Source: a virus (taxonomy: Duplodnaviria > Caudoviricetes). From it: DNA of 64,000 nucleotides. Positions within the stretch are counted from its first letter, which is position 1; each line of letters begins with the position of its first letter. The translations under genes were made by a program, and so were the position numbers. The notes under the pieces are model-generated. The model had not been told where the DNA came from. It searched no databases and was given only the letters and a program-made list of their open reading frames with translations. Below, piece by piece: positions 18,326 to 30,013 of the stretch. Location of the stretch: positions 1 to 64,000 of the IMG/VR virus record IMGVR_UViG_2706796725_000001, one strand, 5' to 3'.

Positions 18326-18864
18326 GGTATATTTAGCAGGGTAATTGAATTATAGAACACATGTACAAAAAAATAATACAATCAAATACATGATTATTGA
18401 ACACAATCTACAGCCTATTATATATATATATATATCTGTGCAGGAATATGAGCTACGCTCAAAAGCATTTGCACACACAAGAAAGCTACTTAACAGTAGA
18501 AGAATATTGCAAGGAATAAGAAACATACAATAAGTAATTGTTATACAATAACAGGGCTAAGAAGAGTTGCAGATACTGGGTCAATATAAGCATAACAGCA
18601 ATTACATCTTCAGTGTTCTTTCTTCTATGATTCCCTATTACATATCTTGTTTCTGCAACAATACTTGTCAGAATGATGCTTACTACTGTGTGCATAACTG
18701 TGTGCGAAGCATAGAAGTCTTGCACAGTAATCTAAGCAAATAGTGGTGACATACCATCCTTCCACAACAAACATAAATCAACAATGATCTTTATAAGAAA
18801 TACATAATTACATGTTCTATCCTTGCAAGATGTGTTGACCCCATCCCCTGCATGTTATTTTCTC

Positions 18865-18995
18865 TATATAATAATTCTATAAGAAATTTAACCAAAAAAG
18901 GGGACATCCATGACCCCCTACCTTGTGTGATCTTTTCTTTATATAATATTTATATAGGAAATTTAACAAAAAAGGGGACATCTATGTCCCTCCTA
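18865..18995 (-). terminator. Tandemly duplicated terminator unit (about 75-bp period)
   Basis: Minus strand GGGACATAGATGTCCC+T-run and GGGGTCATGGATGTCCCC+T-run, each followed by a near-identical AT-rich tail. Confidence 0.65.
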
Positions 18996-18997
18996 TC

Positions 18998-19648
18998 TCA
19001 AATCTGACCTCTAACTTTAGCTATCCATCGCTTAATTGTACGAACAGACACCTGCATAACCTCAGATATTTGCTTATTTGTTAACCCCTGTTCCTTCATT
19101 AGGAAGGACTGAATCTCCTTGTTCTTACCTAATCCTTCCTCAATCATAACTTGCAATGCGTGAATCTTGGCACTCATCACCTTATGTTCTTGTTCCAACC
19201 TATCTACCCTGATACTTTCATGATATTTCATCTTAGAACTCCATACTGTATTTATGTGCTGTTTAGGTGTACGAGATTTCTTCAATGTCCTCTTGGATAG
19301 CATTTTCTTCCTGCACAACATTTTCTGAATAGGGTGATCCTGTAACCTTTCAAAGACCTCTTTTGAGAAGTTATGTGGTAGGCTTATATTACCTGCTTCA
19401 GCATACAAATCCAAACCACTACCATGTTCAACCAACACTTCTTCCACTATATCCAGCAACACCACATCTGGGTCTTCTATGCTGAGGTATATCCTTTCGT
19501 TTATATCTAACAACATTTCAAAGGTGATGTATTGTTTGTCTGGGTCTCTAAACTGAGAGAACAGTTCTCTATGCAATTTCTCACCCTTGCAAATATACCT
19601 ATTCCCCTCTCTGTATAATTGTCTTTGTTCATCTGTAAATTTTGGCAA
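18998..19648 (-). CDS. Hypothetical protein with C-terminal HTH
   Basis: 'GLTNKQISEVMQVSVRTIKRWIAK'. Confidence 0.65.
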   Translation of the reverse strand: MPKFTDEQRQLYREGNRYICKGEKLHRELFSQFRDPDKQYITFEMLLDINERIYLSIEDPDVVLLDIVEEVLVEHGSGLDLYAEAGNISLPHNFSKEVFERLQDHPIQKMLCRKKMLSKRTLKKSRTPKQHINTVWSSKMKYHESIRVDRLEQEHKVMSAKIHALQVMIEEGLGKNKEIQSFLMKEQGLTNKQISEVMQVSVRTIKRWIAKVRGQI

Positions 19649-19649
19649 A

Positions 19650-21133
19650 TTAATCTCCCCAATATATGTTCATATCTATAATCTTGCTAGGCATCTGTAA
19701 TACATCAATGGCACGTGTAGTTGCTACATAGAACAGATTAACCTCTTGTGGAGGCATATCTTCCCATGTAATTGACTCAGGAATTGCGAAGTCATCTGCT
19801 AGGATCACTTGGCTCCATTCCCTACCCTTACTCTTGTGTGCTGTAGTTAATAAAATATCTACACCGGTTGGGCTGTTAGATAAGTTTTCAAGACTGTCTA
19901 CGAAATCCTTAACACTACCATCCATCACTATCTTAAGCAACACGTTTCAATTCACCGCCTTCCTTAGCTTCCTCCATCAGTTCTGCCCAACTGCTGTAGA
20001 GTGCTATGTCTTCATCCTTAACCTTCTTCAAATCCCCTTTATACAGGAAATATGCACTCCATAGCATATTGATGAATTTCTTAATATCCACTTCACAATA
20101 CACACTCCTACCTTGCTGAACATAATCCACTGCATCATAGAACAGAGTAGAGTTGAGTCTGTATATCTTAGTGAAAGGTTTGCTTTGATCTATTTCCCCC
20201 ACCTTACTATCAATATGTTCAGACCCTTTTACATCAATCGCACCACTAATAATCCATTTAGCTGCTGCTGCTATCTTCTCACCATACCTGAAACTCTTGG
20301 TTAAAGTTTTACTGGGTGCAGTAATAATCTCCATAGCATTCACAGCACCTCTGAATTGGTAGATGGATTGGTATTGATCCCCTACATAGATTATCTTGCA
20401 AGATTGCCTTTGAATAATATCCAGTACACAAGGGTTTGTATCTTGTGCTTCATCTACATAAATAATATCGTAATTCAGTTTAGGCTGAGAGAGCTGCCAT
20501 AGTTTCAATACACCATCAAAACCCACTAGAACGTCTGTGTGAGGGTTTATCTTGTCAGCCCACATCTTAATAGCTGTTTTGTGAATGAGGCTCACAAAGG
20601 CTTTCTTGTCAATCTCAGGGTGTGTTTTCCCCTATGGCTACAATCTCTTGATATGGCACATGCTTCTGGGATAACTCCATATCTGCTGAATTCTCAAAAC
20701 GTGTTATTGTACGCTTAACCAAGCTGGCAATAGCATTAGGGGTGATTAGGTCATCATACCCTGCTGGGAAAGGTTTGATCTTATAATAGATTGCAATCTC
20801 ACTGGCTGTACCTGCACAATTCTTATACTTACCTTTAGGTCTAACACACTTTCGAGTGATGCTGTAATCTATGGAAGAGAATGCCATGGAGTGAGATGTT
20901 CTACAGTCTACATGATCAGGAAATTTAGACTTAGCTTCATCTGCGATAGCCTTGTTAAAGCATAGATATAAACTACTTTGTGGATTAGCATCTGCTAGTA
21001 CTTTCAATGTACTACTCTTACCTGACCCTGCAACAGCATTAACCTTCATTACCCTTGTGTTTGTGAATGTTTCCAGTATGTCAAGCTGTTCTTGTGTTGG
21101 ATTAAATTTCATTATCTTGTCCTCGTTTCTCAT
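19650..21133 (-). CDS. UvrD/Rep-like SF1 helicase (one gene, split by two apparent frameshifts near 20630 and 19946)
   Basis: 'AVAGSGKS', 'YVDEAQD', 'VGDQYQSIYQFRGA', 'SFRYG', 'TAHKSKGREW', 'YVATTRA' spread over three consecutive ORFs. Confidence 0.85.
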
Positions 21134-21145
21134 AAATGAGAAGTT

Positions 21146-21174
21146 AGTGTATCATAGTAGAGAACATCAAGCAA
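21146..21174 (-). promoter_or_regulatory. Sigma70-type promoter for the helicase gene
   Basis: Minus strand TTGCTT, 17 bp spacer, TACACT. Confidence 0.55.
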
Positions 21175-21249
21175 CACTTATATGGAAAACAAAAAAGCCC
21201 AGTGAAAACACCAGGCCCAAATAATCAGTCCCTATTTATTACATAGGGG

Positions 21250-22074
21250 CTATTCTGTAATATAGAAACTTTTTATCACTTCACCATCGTCGTATATTTT
21301 AGCTAAACTTTCATGTTCCAATTCCTCAAACTCTATTTCACAAAAGCTTCCACAATCAGGCATAATTATTTTTAACCCTCTCCCCCTGTTTGGTTCTAAA
21401 TCTTTAAGAGGTATTCTTCCGTTTTTATCCTTCAAACAAGTTGCACCAATCTTCTCTTCGAGATGTGCCATCTTCTCAAATACTTCAGGGAAGTCAACCC
21501 TAATCTTATTCCAATACCCAGCACCCCCCTTAACACAACCAACACAGTTGTTGTTACTGTAACCTAATGTGTACATTTCAGGACGTTTGATACCCACTTT
21601 CTCTAAGTAGTGTAGGCAGGCTGCTTTATCCATCTTTTTCTCAATCAATGGGAATATAGGAGAGGCTTGAGGGTATTGCTCCAAGAACCGTAATGCCCTG
21701 TTTATTTCTTTTTTGCTAAACTCAAACCCAAAAACTTGATGCTTGTAATCAATCTCTTTTTCCACACTGTACCGTACAGATTTCTTCAACTCCAGTGTAC
21801 ACCTTGCCCCACTTGGGCCATTTATATATCTGGTCTTTTCTATCACATCGAATTGATCTAGATACTTATCAGACCTTCTAACATGTATAGGAAGACTATA
21901 CCACTCTTCACACTCCTTTTTGAACCTGTCATTATCGGAGTGGGCACTATCTATTTTAAAGTAGATTAGTTCTATGTTCTCTCTACCATAAGCCTCAATA
22001 GCCAACTTACAGGCTATTGCACTTGTAACTCCTGCTGACCACCAGCAAAGGATTTTACCATCAGATTTCAACAT
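21250..22074 (-). CDS. PAPS-reductase-like / PP-loop Fe-S protein
   Basis: 'CWWSAGVTSA', 'CTLELKK', 'NNCVGCVKGG..YW'. Confidence 0.7.
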   Translation of the reverse strand: MLKSDGKILCWWSAGVTSAIACKLAIEAYGRENIELIYFKIDSAHSDNDRFKKECEEWYSLPIHVRRSDKYLDQFDVIEKTRYINGPSGARCTLELKKSVRYSVEKEIDYKHQVFGFEFSKKEINRALRFLEQYPQASPIFPLIEKKMDKAACLHYLEKVGIKRPEMYTLGYSNNNCVGCVKGGAGYWNKIRVDFPEVFEKMAHLEEKIGATCLKDKNGRIPLKDLEPNRGRGLKIIMPDCGSFCEIEFEELEHESLAKIYDDGEVIKSFYITE

Positions 22075-22336
22075 TCTTCATCCTCCAGTATACCATACGT
22101 GTCATTCCGTGTTTCAATCCACACCACAGCACCACAACTAAGTGGCTTGTCTGGTCTGTACACAGTCTGCAACCTCTTTCCATTTTCATCCTCATACTAA
22201 CTGAATTAGCATAACTATATCTCCAAATGATTTGATGTGATGCAGTCTAAATCCCACAGTCTACGTCTCATATGCTATGTTGTCTCGTTACATGTATAAT
22301 TTCGTCATCAGCATTCTCCTATATTATATTAATAAA

Positions 22337-25300
22337 CTATGTCCACAAACTCCGATAATACTTCCCAAACAATCTCAGCCCCTCCTGTATCCGTTCCTCA
22401 TATTCCTTCATCCCTTCATAATCCACCTTGTATGTATCTTTATCTGTTTTCTCCATACGATACACTAAGGCTTCATCCTCACTACACACTTCTCCCTGCC
22501 TATCCATTGCAATAAATTTAATATCAGGAGTTCCTTCTTGAAGAAGATCCTTCCAGCTATCATCAAGAATACTCTGGAAAGAGAAGATCATGCAATCCAA
22601 TACATAATCCCATCTTTCAAAGAACCTATCATCTGTTGTTCCGTCCCTATTGTATGCAGCAATCTCTTCTTGTGTAGTCTTCAGGTAATCTGGAACATCA
22701 TTACAATCCACATTAGGTGCTCCATGTTTCTGTTCCTTTAGCTGTAATAACATTGGCAGAATAATATGGGCTAATGTTGTATCCATGCTCCATGTATCCC
22801 AATCATCAATCCTCACCTCTATTTTCTGCTCACGTCTATCGAAGATCAGCCGATTCAGCTTGTTGTATACACATTGTATACTGTCTTCCAGTTTCTCTAG
22901 CCAACGTTCTTTCCAACCCCAATCCTTCTTAGCAGGCCACCTGTAGGAGTATTTTTCATCCATGTAGTTTGAGAAGATATTGCAGGTGAGTCTGCTTGGA
23001 TATTTGCCTATTTTAACTTTCATCAGTCTCTTCCTTCCTAATTGAGAATTTTAAGGTCGTAATATCGTAACCCCTTTCTACTAAGAGTTCTCTAAGGGAT
23101 TTACCTTAAAACAAATCTACACGTTCAAAAGCCATCATCAACAACCTGCTGTCCCTTTTCATATCACGGTTACTACTACCTTCACCATTCCAGCAGTAGA
23201 ATAAGTCTCTCTCCCCATATTCTTGCCCGTATTTAACTAATAGTTCATTAGGTTTGGCTTGCGGTTTTCTATATCTTTTAACCCTCATTACCACCCCCTA
23301 CCTTTGTTATATCCCTGTTTAGTTCTTTTTCAATATTTTCAATCCAAGCATCCAGCTCCTTAATATGCTTTTTATGGGCAAGGATTGCTTTTTGTTTACA
23401 CTGCCATATATGTAGTATCTGGGTCTCCAGTAGGTGTGGTTTTAATCTCTTTCTTTCAGACGTAGGTAAGTCGTTCCACAAATTGTTGTGTTTATTTGGT
23501 GGTGTGTACATAAATCCCTCCCAAAGATTCCTCTAAAGAGTTTCCTGTAGCAATATTAGGAGTAACCTTCTCAGGATCATACCCACTAATAATTGCCCGT
23601 AGTTTGTGCATATAGTCGAAACAGGGGTTTTCACCATGCTTATGTTCCAATCTCTCATGTAACCATATTAAGAATTCTTTATCACGCATACTTACCCCCT
23701 TTAGGCGTTACATTCCCACCGAGAACACGTTCAAGGCGTTTACCTCTAACACGAACTCCCGTCTCTTCAAATTCAACCTCAACGTCTTTAACACCATGGT
23801 AGGCAACAATCTTAACCCAACCATGTCTAACGGTTTCATGTCGAGTACCAACCAGCTTCTGTGCATTACGGTCAATCCTTGTATTGTTAGGCTTCCATGT
23901 GAAACGTTTTTTACTCCTAAACCTTTCAAGAGGCTTACTGGTAAGTATACTATGTGAAATCTCTCTTACGTCACCATTCTCCCACTCTACTCTGTAATAC
24001 CTGTTACCACTCTTAACGCTTTTCATATAGGAATTAGTAATTGTAGCTTTCCCATCCACTGTATCAAATGTATAACCTGTTTCTAAGATCATAATTCACC
24101 CCTACTCAAATCATGAAACGTCATTGCTGAAATTAATGTAAGCTCGACATCTCTCCCCATCCTAGTATCCACAAACTCTAGTAATGACTTTTTGTAAGCC
24201 ACTACTTTTGGATCTTCTTGCAAACCTCTTTCATGAAGTTCTTGGTAGAGTGTTTGAAGACTGTATTCTATGAAGTTATCATTGTGGAAACTCATTTAGG
24301 AAAACCTCCCACAAAATACAATGGATCAATACGGTAGTATTCATAATCCCATTCATGTTTGAGTTGGGCTTTAAGTGGATCATCCCATGTAAGGGTTTCA
24401 ACCTTCATGTAAATAAACCCATCATTGATAAATTGGTATATTCCCACCACCTCACGTTCAGAAAAATAGTTTCTTGTTGATAACTTCAAAGACCTGTCTT
24501 TCAACATAGCTGAACGTATCACTCTTTTCCATTTACGGCGTGATATAGTCCGCTTCAATGGTTTCTTTGATGAATATCCTGTGTAATCCCTTCCTGTACA
24601 AGTCATACCGCCTCTCCCCGAATCTCTACATCAACAACTCTAACACTATCCTTTCCACCTTTTCTCTCACGATATGTCTCAAAATCAACCCCACTCAAAC
24701 ATACGCCATGTTTGTTGTAAACCTCATAGAAGGCATGTTCCATGATTTCTCGGATGGAAGTCTTTTTGATGTAGTCTACATTCAGTTCGCTCATCTTCAT
24801 CTCCTCCGCTAATTTCTTAAACTCGGCTACAGTGCCAACTGAGTACCAATCCTCTCCCCCATCTGACCAATGTGGATTCCAAGCATTCCATGTACTATCA
24901 GTGCAAACAACTTCATGGTGACCCTCCACCTCAAAACTTGAATCTCTTTGGAAATTCTCCAAATTGTTCAAATCACCTTTCAATTCAATTACAGCATCTT
25001 TCATTGTTTTCATGCCACTCTCCTTAACCTTTAAATGGTATTGTTTGACTTCGTTCTAAGTATTCCCAGTATAGACCTTCAATAACCTCGTCAGAAGCTT
25101 CTCCGTCAACACTAAAAATAGGACCTTTAAATTTGAACCGCACCACTACATCCCACATGCGCGATTTACGTTTGCACTCCAGTAAGGCTTCAGCTAAATC
25201 TACATCGCCCGTGAACCCAACCTCAATGAACATTTTCGAATTACTCATCTTCATCTCTCCAACAATTATCAATCAAATTTTGTGTCTCAACAGCCTCAAC

Positions 25301-26285
25301 ATTACCTCACCCGACCCTCTCTGTCAACACTAATCACAACAATATTGTATTGAGCAAAGATTCTCACAATAAACGTGATTTTAAGGGATTATGAGCAGAA
25401 ATATACACAAAACATAGGATGGGCGAGAAGGCTTCAAAATGGCTCTCTGAGACGCTTTAGGAAGAAGGTATGCAATGGTACTGGGAAAGAGAGAAAACCC
25501 CTCAGAACGCAAAATAGAAGCTCTCAGAGGGGTTTGTGGAGAGAGTATTCAGGAATCATGTGGTGGTATCAACAATCTTCCCATATTCTGCCACCAAACG
25601 TTCCATCATGTTGTCCCGACTACTAATTAAGGCATTCAAGGAACAGGCCAGAACTAGGTTGGCTGTATCACCTTCGATAGTGATATTGTTCCTACCATTA
25701 CGTGCAGAGGTGAGAACAATATCACTCTCTTGCTGGAGAGTTTGTAACAGTTTGATGTTGGTGTTTAGCGTATTGATTTTAGTGATCAGTTTTTGGTGTT
25801 GTCCGGTCATGTTGTTCCCTATTTCTTGGTCAAAGCGTTAAACAAAGCTTGTCGCAGAGCTGCTGTCTGCACTTCATGCTCAATAACACTGCAAGCTGTC
25901 TTCAGAATTTGTTGCTGCTCAAGCTGATCATTTGTGATTGTATCCACTCTCAAGAGTATTTCTGTAACAGCTTGCATGAATTCTTTATCTGTGATTTTCA
26001 TGCACCTTCTCCCACAACCAAATACTCCTCTCCACCCATCTTCAACATTTCCAGACGGTCAATATCGAATGAACGATACCCACGGTCATTGTTGCTATAC
26101 ACTGGGATAACGTGATCATTCTTCTTGGCTGTCCCTGTCCCTTTGATGTCGGATTTCATTACACGCTTACAATTCATTGTGCGTGGTGAGCCATCTTTCT
26201 TCAGGAATCGTACACCAAAGAATTTACCTTTATCGTTTTGAATTAATTGTTTAGCTTGATTTCGTGTGATTGTTTTCATTTTCAA
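22337..26285 (-). CDS. Run of hypothetical ORFs (22337-23023, 23106-23294, 23278-23511, 23492-23689, 23682-24092, 24089-24295, 24292-24606, 24603-25013, 25024-25272, 25556-25810, 25819-26001, 25998-26285)
   Basis: Co-oriented overlapping ORFs; 25998-26285 resembles WYL_2/SH3-like phage proteins ('VRFLKKDGSPRTMNC..GYRSFDIDRL'). Confidence 0.55.
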
Positions 26286-26724
26286 TCCCCTTATAATATT
26301 GCTTCAATGTCTGAACACCACTCTGTTCACACAACTCTCCATACACATATCTGTTATAATGCTCCCATTCACTTACAAACAGATCACCTAGCCCAAGATA
26401 ATCATTCACCCACTTAGCAACAGCACCTGAACGACTAATCCCCATTAAACAATGTACCCAGATTTCTTGTACGCCTACTCTGTGGCAGTTGTTTACAAAC
26501 TCGATAATACTGTCTGCTTTATCCTTTGTAAAGGCTGATTGTGAATTATCTACATCGTAAAACACGTAGCAACGGAAGTGATCTACACGCCCTTTCAGGA
26601 TGTTTCGCATAGCACGTTTGTGTGTATTTGAGTCACTAATGCTGATGACGGATATTCCTGTGAGGTCTGTGGCGTTCAAGACGTTGTTGCAGAGTTCTTG
26701 TCTGGAGAAGAATCGGATTTTCAT
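26251..26724 (-). CDS. Dual-specificity / protein-tyrosine phosphatase-like protein
   Basis: Active-site motif 'VHCLMGISRSGAVA' (HCxxGxxR). Confidence 0.8.
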   Translation of the reverse strand: MKIRFFSRQELCNNVLNATDLTGISVISISDSNTHKRAMRNILKGRVDHFRCYVFYDVDNSQSAFTKDKADSIIEFVNNCHRVGVQEIWVHCLMGISRSGAVAKWVNDYLGLGDLFVSEWEHYNRYVYGELCEQSGVQTLKQYYKGIENENNHTKSS

Positions 26725-26725
26725 G

Positions 26726-27573
26726 TTAGCCTCCAACAATCTTCTGATAAGCAGCCATAGAAATCTCTTTCCAGTCTGCACGATTAAACCCAACCATCCC
26801 CACCATGCAAAGCTGCTCATCACCATTCTCCAACACTTCCACACACTGCTCAATCTCACAGGATAATACCTCTGAGAAGCCGTTGTAGTCGTCTGGGGAA
26901 GCGTCTGAATAGGATGGCTGTTGTGACCCAATCACCACTTCAACGTCCAGCAGAAAGGTTCTGAGGACGCCTTGGATGTAGGATTCGTGTTCTATTGTAA
27001 CGATGTGTGTTTCTTTCATGTTTGTTTCCTCTTGGTTATAACGTTATTTTGGTCGGCTTAGTAGGGTATAACGAAGTTTTTGCATGTGGCATCGTGATGC
27101 CAACCATTTGATGCTGTTGCAGGCTGGCAGCAGCGTGTCTCTGGGCAAACTTCGTGAACAAAGAGGTCAACCCCGTGTCGTTCTTTTATGTCTGCGACCA
27201 TATCTTCGGTTTGATCTAACCTCAAATTATTAACCTCGGTCCTTAATTGATATATAGCCATTTTCAATTACCTCAAATGTTTCGTTGATTTGTTAAGCAG
27301 ATGATTACACAAAAAGAAGCCTCAATCAAGAGGCTTAAAGGGGGAACGTTTATACTTGTTTGCTGTATAGATGTACATATCCTATAACAGATTAGGTTCT
27401 AAAATAGGAGTGCCGCAGCATGGGCAATTCACATAAGGTATGAAATAATCCCCATCCCATGCATACTCATTGTCAGGATATAATTCATCCCCAGAACTTC
27501 CACAGGGGTCAGGAAACTTCATTTTGGAAGCATCCAGCACAATAGCACAACTGTTGCAACTTATTAAGTTCAT
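26726..27573 (-). CDS. Small hypothetical ORFs (26726-27019, 27058-27267, 27382-27573 Zn-ribbon-like)
   Basis: ORF track; CxxC pairs in the last ORF. Confidence 0.5.
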
Positions 27574-28652
27574 TCTACTACCTCCCCATCCACAACCTCT
27601 CTCAACCCAATTCCCACAGGTTTCAGTGGCTTACCAGCTTTAGAAAGCGTTTCATACTCTACCTTCAACCACTTCCCAATCCAACTATCAGCCTCTTCAG
27701 CAACCTGCTTACGTTCAGCATCTGTTCCCTTCATCTTCACTTCAAACGTACTGCCTGATTCAATCTCACAAGTGAATACAGCATGACCCTTCTTGTCAAT
27801 ATTGTAACCAACAATCTTGAACTCAGCATCTTCTACGTCTTTTAGCTTCATAGCTGTTGAGGAACGTACACCATATTCGTACTTATCATCCATGTTTTTG
27901 ATGACTAAGCCTTCGTATCCCATCTTAGATAACTCGATATGTTTATCGTGGATTTGTGTTTCGTCATACACTACCCAAGCATCAACTGTACGAACAAGTC
28001 CAGAAGTGTATCCATTAAACATCTTATTCAGTCGAAAGTGGTAGTCAATATGCCCTAGTTCAGGCAATTCGAACACATAGGCTTTCAACCGTGGTGTCAG
28101 CTCGTTATGCTTCTTGACAGCAGATTGAATATCTTGTAGGTGTTCCCCATGCTTGTACAGCTCAACGTTGATTTCATTCACACCAATTGAATCCATGTAT
28201 GTGTGAATATCCTCTACAAGATGTTCCATCACAGGATATAGCTCACCACCTCGGCTAATAAACTTCAGGTCATGTCCTGTACGCTCAATCAGGCAATTCA
28301 CACCATTCAGCTTAACAGAAGCAATACAAGGATATTTCAGACGATGTTTAATCTTCTTGAAGTCGCCAATCTTACCTGGGAGTTTCCGTGCAGACTTCTC
28401 TCCGATTTCTTCCACATATCCCTTCTTCAGTTGTTTCTCCCATTTAGCCTTGGCTTCCAATACAGCCTGTTCCTGTGCTGTAGTTGCGTTAGAACGTCCT
28501 ACATTCTTAGGAAAGGCTTGATAGGATTCTTGTTGGAGGTTTCCATTAAGCTGTCCCCACTCAACTGTCACAACATCACCTTCAACAAACACAGACCAGA
28601 TATTTGTAGCACCAGTTTTGGTTTGCTTGTATAGCGTAGAGTTAATTTGCAT
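27570..28652 (-). CDS. ATP-dependent DNA ligase
   Basis: 'SVKLNGVNC', 'YEGLVIKN', 'YGVRSSTAMKLK', OB-fold C-terminus. Confidence 0.88.
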   Translation of the reverse strand: MQINSTLYKQTKTGATNIWSVFVEGDVVTVEWGQLNGNLQQESYQAFPKNVGRSNATTAQEQAVLEAKAKWEKQLKKGYVEEIGEKSARKLPGKIGDFKKIKHRLKYPCIASVKLNGVNCLIERTGHDLKFISRGGELYPVMEHLVEDIHTYMDSIGVNEINVELYKHGEHLQDIQSAVKKHNELTPRLKAYVFELPELGHIDYHFRLNKMFNGYTSGLVRTVDAWVVYDETQIHDKHIELSKMGYEGLVIKNMDDKYEYGVRSSTAMKLKDVEDAEFKIVGYNIDKKGHAVFTCEIESGSTFEVKMKGTDAERKQVAEEADSWIGKWLKVEYETLSKAGKPLKPVGIGLREVVDGEVVE

Positions 28653-29186
28653 TAGAGGTTTCTCCTTCATTACAATGACGAACCCACGCACAGATTGGAC
28701 CATCCTCTGTATCTGTTATAGAGTAGATGAACCACCCAGAGCCTTCCGGCTTAGTTGGTTTCCAGTCTGATACGTTAGGATCGCCTGTGTCCCAATAATG
28801 ATCCTGTAGAGATTCCGGGGCATCATATTCAAAGGAAATTATTCTAATTTCAAGACCTTGATCATGGAACCAACTGAAGGGTATAAACTCATCGTCACCG
28901 AAATTCTCTAAAGATGAGTGCCCCCAATGACCTAATTCGTCTCTAATGACTTTCTCTTCTAATACTCTCATTTAGTTTCTCCTTCATGTTCATCTACAGA
29001 TGCAACTATCTTACCTCCATTGGTTGTAACATTCAAGCAGTAATCAATTCCTGCTGAGTTCAGGTCAGGGAATACATGATTACCTTTTGAGGACTCTGAA
29101 CGCAGAGCAATCATCAGCATTGTCAGTACCTCCAGATCAGTGACTGTAGATGTGTTATTTGTGATAATCATTTTCTTGTATGGCAT
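28642..29186 (-). CDS. Two hypothetical ORFs (28642-28971, 28968-29186)
   Basis: ORF track, coupled overlaps. Confidence 0.5.
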
Positions 29187-29198
29187 GTATTTCTCCTG

Positions 29199-29706
29199 TC
29201 AGTAGTCTGCACGCAGCTCTCGGAAATTATGGAAGTGTACTACAGTTTCATCGTTAAGGTAGCGCACTAGGGTCATAGGGGCATAGTACATGTTGTAGAA
29301 TATGCTCTTGGGTATGTAGGTAGGGACTCCCTTAGTTATAGGCTCACCTATCATAAATTCAGTGATATAAGCCCCATCTATTTCATCACAAAGAACCTCA
29401 AACGTTTCGGCCCCACCCGCGACGAATATATCTTCTGTAGAATTATGTATTAGTTCAAACACCTGGATCCAAATCCATCGCTTCATCACACTTATCATTC
29501 TGATAATCCTCCTGCCTTGTCAAGCAGATAACGTGACGCCCGTCCAGCTTACGTGGCAAGGATTCCACTGTAGTACGTCCCATAATAACCTTCTTCCCCA
29601 TTGTCTTCTCACGGAAGAATTTGAGGTCTTCTGGGTCATGTTTGAGTAGATCACCATTCACACCAATGATGCCTTCATAATGTGAGAATATCGCGTATAG
29701 AGCCAT
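29199..29706 (-). CDS. folA: Dihydrofolate reductase (apparent frameshift near 29470)
   Basis: 'GIIGVNGDL..PEDLKFFREKTMGKKVIMGRTTVESLP' then, in another frame, 'IFVAGGAETF'. Confidence 0.85.
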
Positions 29707-30013
29707 AATCAAAACCTCTCAATCAAATCAATATCGTCGTAGTTGAATGTGGTTGCTCCGCACATTGCATACTTAACATGCGGCTCTTCTACATAGGCAT
29801 AACTAACACCACCAACCCAAAGGTAGTGTTCCATATTTTCGCAGAAAATAACACCTAAAGCCTCAGCCCATTCTGGGGCTTGTGTAATGTCTATCGTGTG
29901 TTTCTGTTTCATCAATGTCTCCTGTTGCTGTAGCAATTTATGTAGTGAATGTAACATAGAATTTAGGCAAAGAAAAGCCCCAATTAAGGGGCTTGTTTGG
30001 TTATCTATATAGG

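Noticed and set aside
19650-21133. Helicase in three ORFs as programmed frameshifting or a pseudogene
   Set aside because: Both breaks are fixed by removing one base from a homopolymer (GGGG near 20630, AAA near 19946). The same pattern recurs genome-wide, so sequencing indels are the simpler explanation.
23013-23108. Stop-codon read-through or recoded genetic code (in-frame TAA before GKSLRELLVERGYDITTLKFSI)
   Set aside because: An isolated case. TAA, TAG and TGA all end well-defined genes elsewhere and there is no suppressor tRNA, so a point mutation or base error is more likely.
29199-29712. Split DHFR; likewise the split phosphoesterase (near 37530) and ORFs at 12933, near 16360 and near 38570
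   Set aside because: Each is a single-base change in a short homopolymer with no slippery-site or stimulator structure; treated as assembly errors.
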